Shown here: positions 13,839 through 15,931 of the stretch, in pieces
Numbering within the stretch: position 1 is the stretch's first letter
Layout of the letters: the number at the start of each line of letters is the position of its first letter
Source of the DNA: an uncultured bacterium
GTDB taxonomy: Bacteria > Pseudomonadota > Alphaproteobacteria > UBA8366 > JADFVY01
Assembly: GCA_965603635.1 (NCBI GenBank)
Contig: CBFDDT010000086.1
Span: forward strand, 1 to 15,931
Direction of reading: 5' to 3'
Length of the DNA: 15,931 nucleotides
Notes under the pieces: generated by a model
What the model was told of the DNA's origin: nothing
The model's input: the letters and a program-made list of their open reading frames with translations, nothing else
Database searches by the model: none
Translations under genes and position numbers: made by a program

Positions 13839-15059
13839 ATGACGGAGCGTCACGGGCCCCTGAAGGGCGTCAAGGTGATCGAACTCGCCCATATCATGGC
13901 GGGGCCGGTCTGCGGGTTGATGCTCGCCGACATGGGCGCCGATGTCATCAAGGTCGAAAAAATCCCGGGCGGCGACGATACCCGCCGGACGGTGCCGCCG
14001 GATATCGACGGCGAATCCGCGGCCTTCATGATGATGAACCGCAACAAGAAGGGGATCGCGCTTAACCTGAAGGAAGAGCAGGGCAGGGCGGCGCTGCTCC
14101 GGCTGCTCAAGGACGCCGACGTGGTAACCGAGAATTACCGCCGCGGGACGATGGACAGGCTGGGCCTCGGCTATGACGAATTGAAAAAGATCAATCCCGG
14201 GCTGATCTATTGCGAGATTTCCGGCTTCGGCCGCACCGGCCCCTATGCCGACCGCGCCGGCTTCGATCTGATCGCCCAGGGCATGAGCGGTCTGATGAGC
14301 ATCACCGGCGAGGGGCCGGGCCGCCCGCCGGTCAAGGTGGGGCCGCCGGTCAGCGATATCACCGCCGGTATCCTCGGCGCGATGGGCGTTTTGGCGGCCT
14401 ATACGCACAAGCTGAAGACCGGCGAGGGGCAGCGGGTCGATACCTCGCTGTTCGAGGCCGCCATCACCCATACCTACTGGCAGTCGGCCATCGCCTTCGC
14501 CACCGGCCAGGCGCCGGGGCCGATGGGCTCGGCGCATCCCTTGAACGCGCCCTACCAGGCCTTCCGGACCAGGGACGGCTGGATTAATATCGGCGCGGCG
14601 AACCAATCGAACTGGCTGCGGCTGCTGGAGGTGATCGAGGCGCCGGAACTGGCCCAGGATGACCGTTTCAGGGAAAATCCCGGCCGCATGAGTCACATGG
14701 ATGAACTTACCGAGGCGCTTGAAGCGCATTTCAGGACGCGCGATACGGCGGACTGGCTGGATCGCATGGAAAAGGCCGGCCTGCCCGCCGGACCGGTGCT
14801 GGATATTGCCGAAATGCACCGCGACCCGCAGACCATCGCCCGCGAGATGGTGACCGAGGTCGAGCATGCCCGCGTGGGCAAGGTGAAGACCATCGGCTTG
14901 CCGGTGAAATTCTCCGGCACGCCCGGCGGCGTGTTGACAGGTGCGCCGGTCTATGGCCAGCATACGCGCGAGGTGTTGTCGCAACATGGTTATGGCGCCG
15001 ACGAGATCGCGGCGCTTGCCGCGTCGGGCGCTATTGCCGTCGCAGAGGAAAACGCATGA
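13839..15059 (+). CDS. Family III CoA-transferase (CaiB/BaiF / formyl-CoA transferase-like).
   Basis: The N-terminus …LKGVKVIELAHIMAGPVCGLMLADMGADVIKVE… is the hallmark Rossmann-like start of family III CoA-transferases. The ~400-aa length fits. The gene starts 3 nt after the hydratase stop. Confidence 0.9.
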   Translation: MTERHGPLKGVKVIELAHIMAGPVCGLMLADMGADVIKVEKIPGGDDTRRTVPPDIDGESAAFMMMNRNKKGIALNLKEEQGRAALLRLLKDADVVTENYRRGTMDRLGLGYDELKKINPGLIYCEISGFGRTGPYADRAGFDLIAQGMSGLMSITGEGPGRPPVKVGPPVSDITAGILGAMGVLAAYTHKLKTGEGQRVDTSLFEAAITHTYWQSAIAFATGQAPGPMGSAHPLNAPYQAFRTRDGWINIGAANQSNWLRLLEVIEAPELAQDDRFRENPGRMSHMDELTEALEAHFRTRDTADWLDRMEKAGLPAGPVLDIAEMHRDPQTIAREMVTEVEHARVGKVKTIGLPVKFSGTPGGVLTGAPVYGQHTREVLSQHGYGADEIAALAASGAIAVAEENA

Positions 15060-15535
15060 CCAGAACCATCAAGGCCGAGCCGCTGACGCCCGAGGCACTG
15101 GCCTCCTGGGGGCAGGTGCTGACCTCGAACGGCGATCCGGCGCAGCGCGACGAGTATGCCACCAGCACCGACAATCTGCGCGGCCATGCGAAGCTGAACG
15201 TCACCTTCATGCGGGTTGCCGACCGGGCGCCCATGATCAAGGCGATCGAGCGCCATCCTCATTCGATGCAGCTCTTCGTGCCGATGAACGGGGTGTGTTA
15301 CCTGGCTGTCGTTTGTCCCGAACTGCCCGATGGCGGACCCGATACAGCCGATATCCGCGCCTTCGTGGCTCACGGCGGGCAGGCGGTGAATTACGATGCC
15401 GGCGTGTGGCACGGCCCCCTGTGCGTGCTCGACAAGCCCGGTGATTTCACCATGATTCGCCATGACGACGGCGGCCCGGAAGATACCGAACTGGTCATGC
15501 TGGACGAGACGATCGAGGTCCAATTGCCGGAATAA
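15056..15535 (+). CDS. allA: Ureidoglycolate lyase family protein (AllA-like cupin).
   Basis: It aligns along its length with E. coli AllA. IERHPHSMQLFVPMNG matches LERHPLGTQAFIPMKG. IRAFVAHGGQAVNYDAGVWHGPL…GDFTMIRHDDGG matches [22 protein letters not shown]…TDFLTIDRGG. Its start overlaps the CoA-transferase stop (ATGA). Confidence 0.8.
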   Translation: MTRTIKAEPLTPEALASWGQVLTSNGDPAQRDEYATSTDNLRGHAKLNVTFMRVADRAPMIKAIERHPHSMQLFVPMNGVCYLAVVCPELPDGGPDTADIRAFVAHGGQAVNYDAGVWHGPLCVLDKPGDFTMIRHDDGGPEDTELVMLDETIEVQLPE

Positions 15536-15833
15536 CGAACGCTCGTTATTCGCGCCGCCTGGCTGAATGTGGCCGCCAAGGGCGAACCCGCTGCCGGCAG
15601 TGCAGCGGAGGGCAGTAAAATCAGTTTCATTAACCCGACCTTAATCCAGTTCGTTCTATTCCTGAACCCAGTATGGAATCCGCTTTCTCTCGAAGTTGCG
15701 GGAAGCGGGTTTCGCGGTAATCGGCGCGCACAGACGCCGAACCGAAATAAAGGGGCAGACCGATAATCGAGGCGAAACGAAATATCCGCGGGACGTGTCG
15801 TCTTGTGGCGTCTGCATTTTGGAGAGACGAAGC

Positions 15834-15931
15834 ATGAAATCCAGTTTTTCGCCAACCATCAAAATGAAACTCTTTCTGATGGGGCTCGTGGCCGTGGTGG
15901 CCTTGGCTTTGCTGTCCTTTATTTCCTGGAA
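15834..15931 (+). CDS. 5' end (first 32 codons) of a membrane protein that continues beyond the window. The N-terminal TM helix is typical of chemoreceptor or sensor proteins.
   Basis: ATG at 15834 with a GGAGAG SD 7 nt upstream. The translation is MKSSFSPTIKMKLFLMGLVAVVALALLSFISW, with a hydrophobic helix after a short cytoplasmic N-terminus. No stop codon occurs before the window ends. Confidence 0.4.
   Translation, partial: MKSSFSPTIKMKLFLMGLVAVVALALLSFISW

Noticed and set aside
13542-14987. 481-aa minus-strand ORF opposite the enoyl-CoA hydratase and CoA-transferase
   Set aside because: A shadow ORF. The plus-strand genes have unambiguous family motifs.
15569-15766. 65-aa plus-strand ORF in the allA-downstream spacer
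   Set aside because: It has no SD and no recognisable features, and it sits in an apparent regulatory leader. It could be a small protein, but nothing supports this.
15536-15833. Possible tRNA or sigma-54 promoter in the long spacer
   Set aside because: No T-loop (GTTCRANYC) or cloverleaf arrangement was found. TGGCGTCTGCATTTTGG does not have the GG-N10-GC spacing of a -24/-12 promoter.

Overview
The window is high-GC (about 63-65%) proteobacterial-type chromosomal DNA, most plausibly alphaproteobacterial, with densely packed genes. It contains 14 complete CDSs and one 3'-truncated CDS; I found no rRNA, tRNA, CRISPR array or mobile element.

The left part (1-5000) holds a membrane/periplasm-facing group. 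A flotillin-like SPFH protein is preceded on the same strand by a small secreted protein of unknown function. Divergent from that pair is a two-gene unit: an FGE-sulfatase-fold (SUMF1/EgtB/PvdO-type) lipoprotein followed by a His-rich, possibly cupin-like hypothetical. An RlpA-like DPBB lipoprotein follows.

The right part is an organic-acid catabolic locus. On the minus strand, a ~976-aa protein fusing an FAD-linked oxidase with Fe-S and CCG domains (YdiJ / GlcD-GlcF-fusion type 2-hydroxyacid dehydrogenase) is translationally coupled to a GntR/FCD regulator. An AT-rich divergent promoter region separates this from a plus-strand operon of seven genes: an SgaA-like class V aminotransferase, a TRAP transporter DctPQM, a crotonase-family enoyl-CoA hydratase, a family III CoA-transferase and an AllA-family (ureidoglycolate lyase) cupin.

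The promoter region carries a perfect 10-bp palindrome TTGTATACAA plus a degenerate second copy, both fitting the GntR-family operator pattern. I judge the regulator-plus-catabolic module (substrate unknown; 2-hydroxyacid/glyoxylate chemistry is the only theme the annotations suggest) and the four-gene SPFH/FGE-fold lipoprotein neighbourhood to be the most interesting candidates for uncharacterised systems.

Several long antisense ORFs are GC-frame shadows and were rejected.
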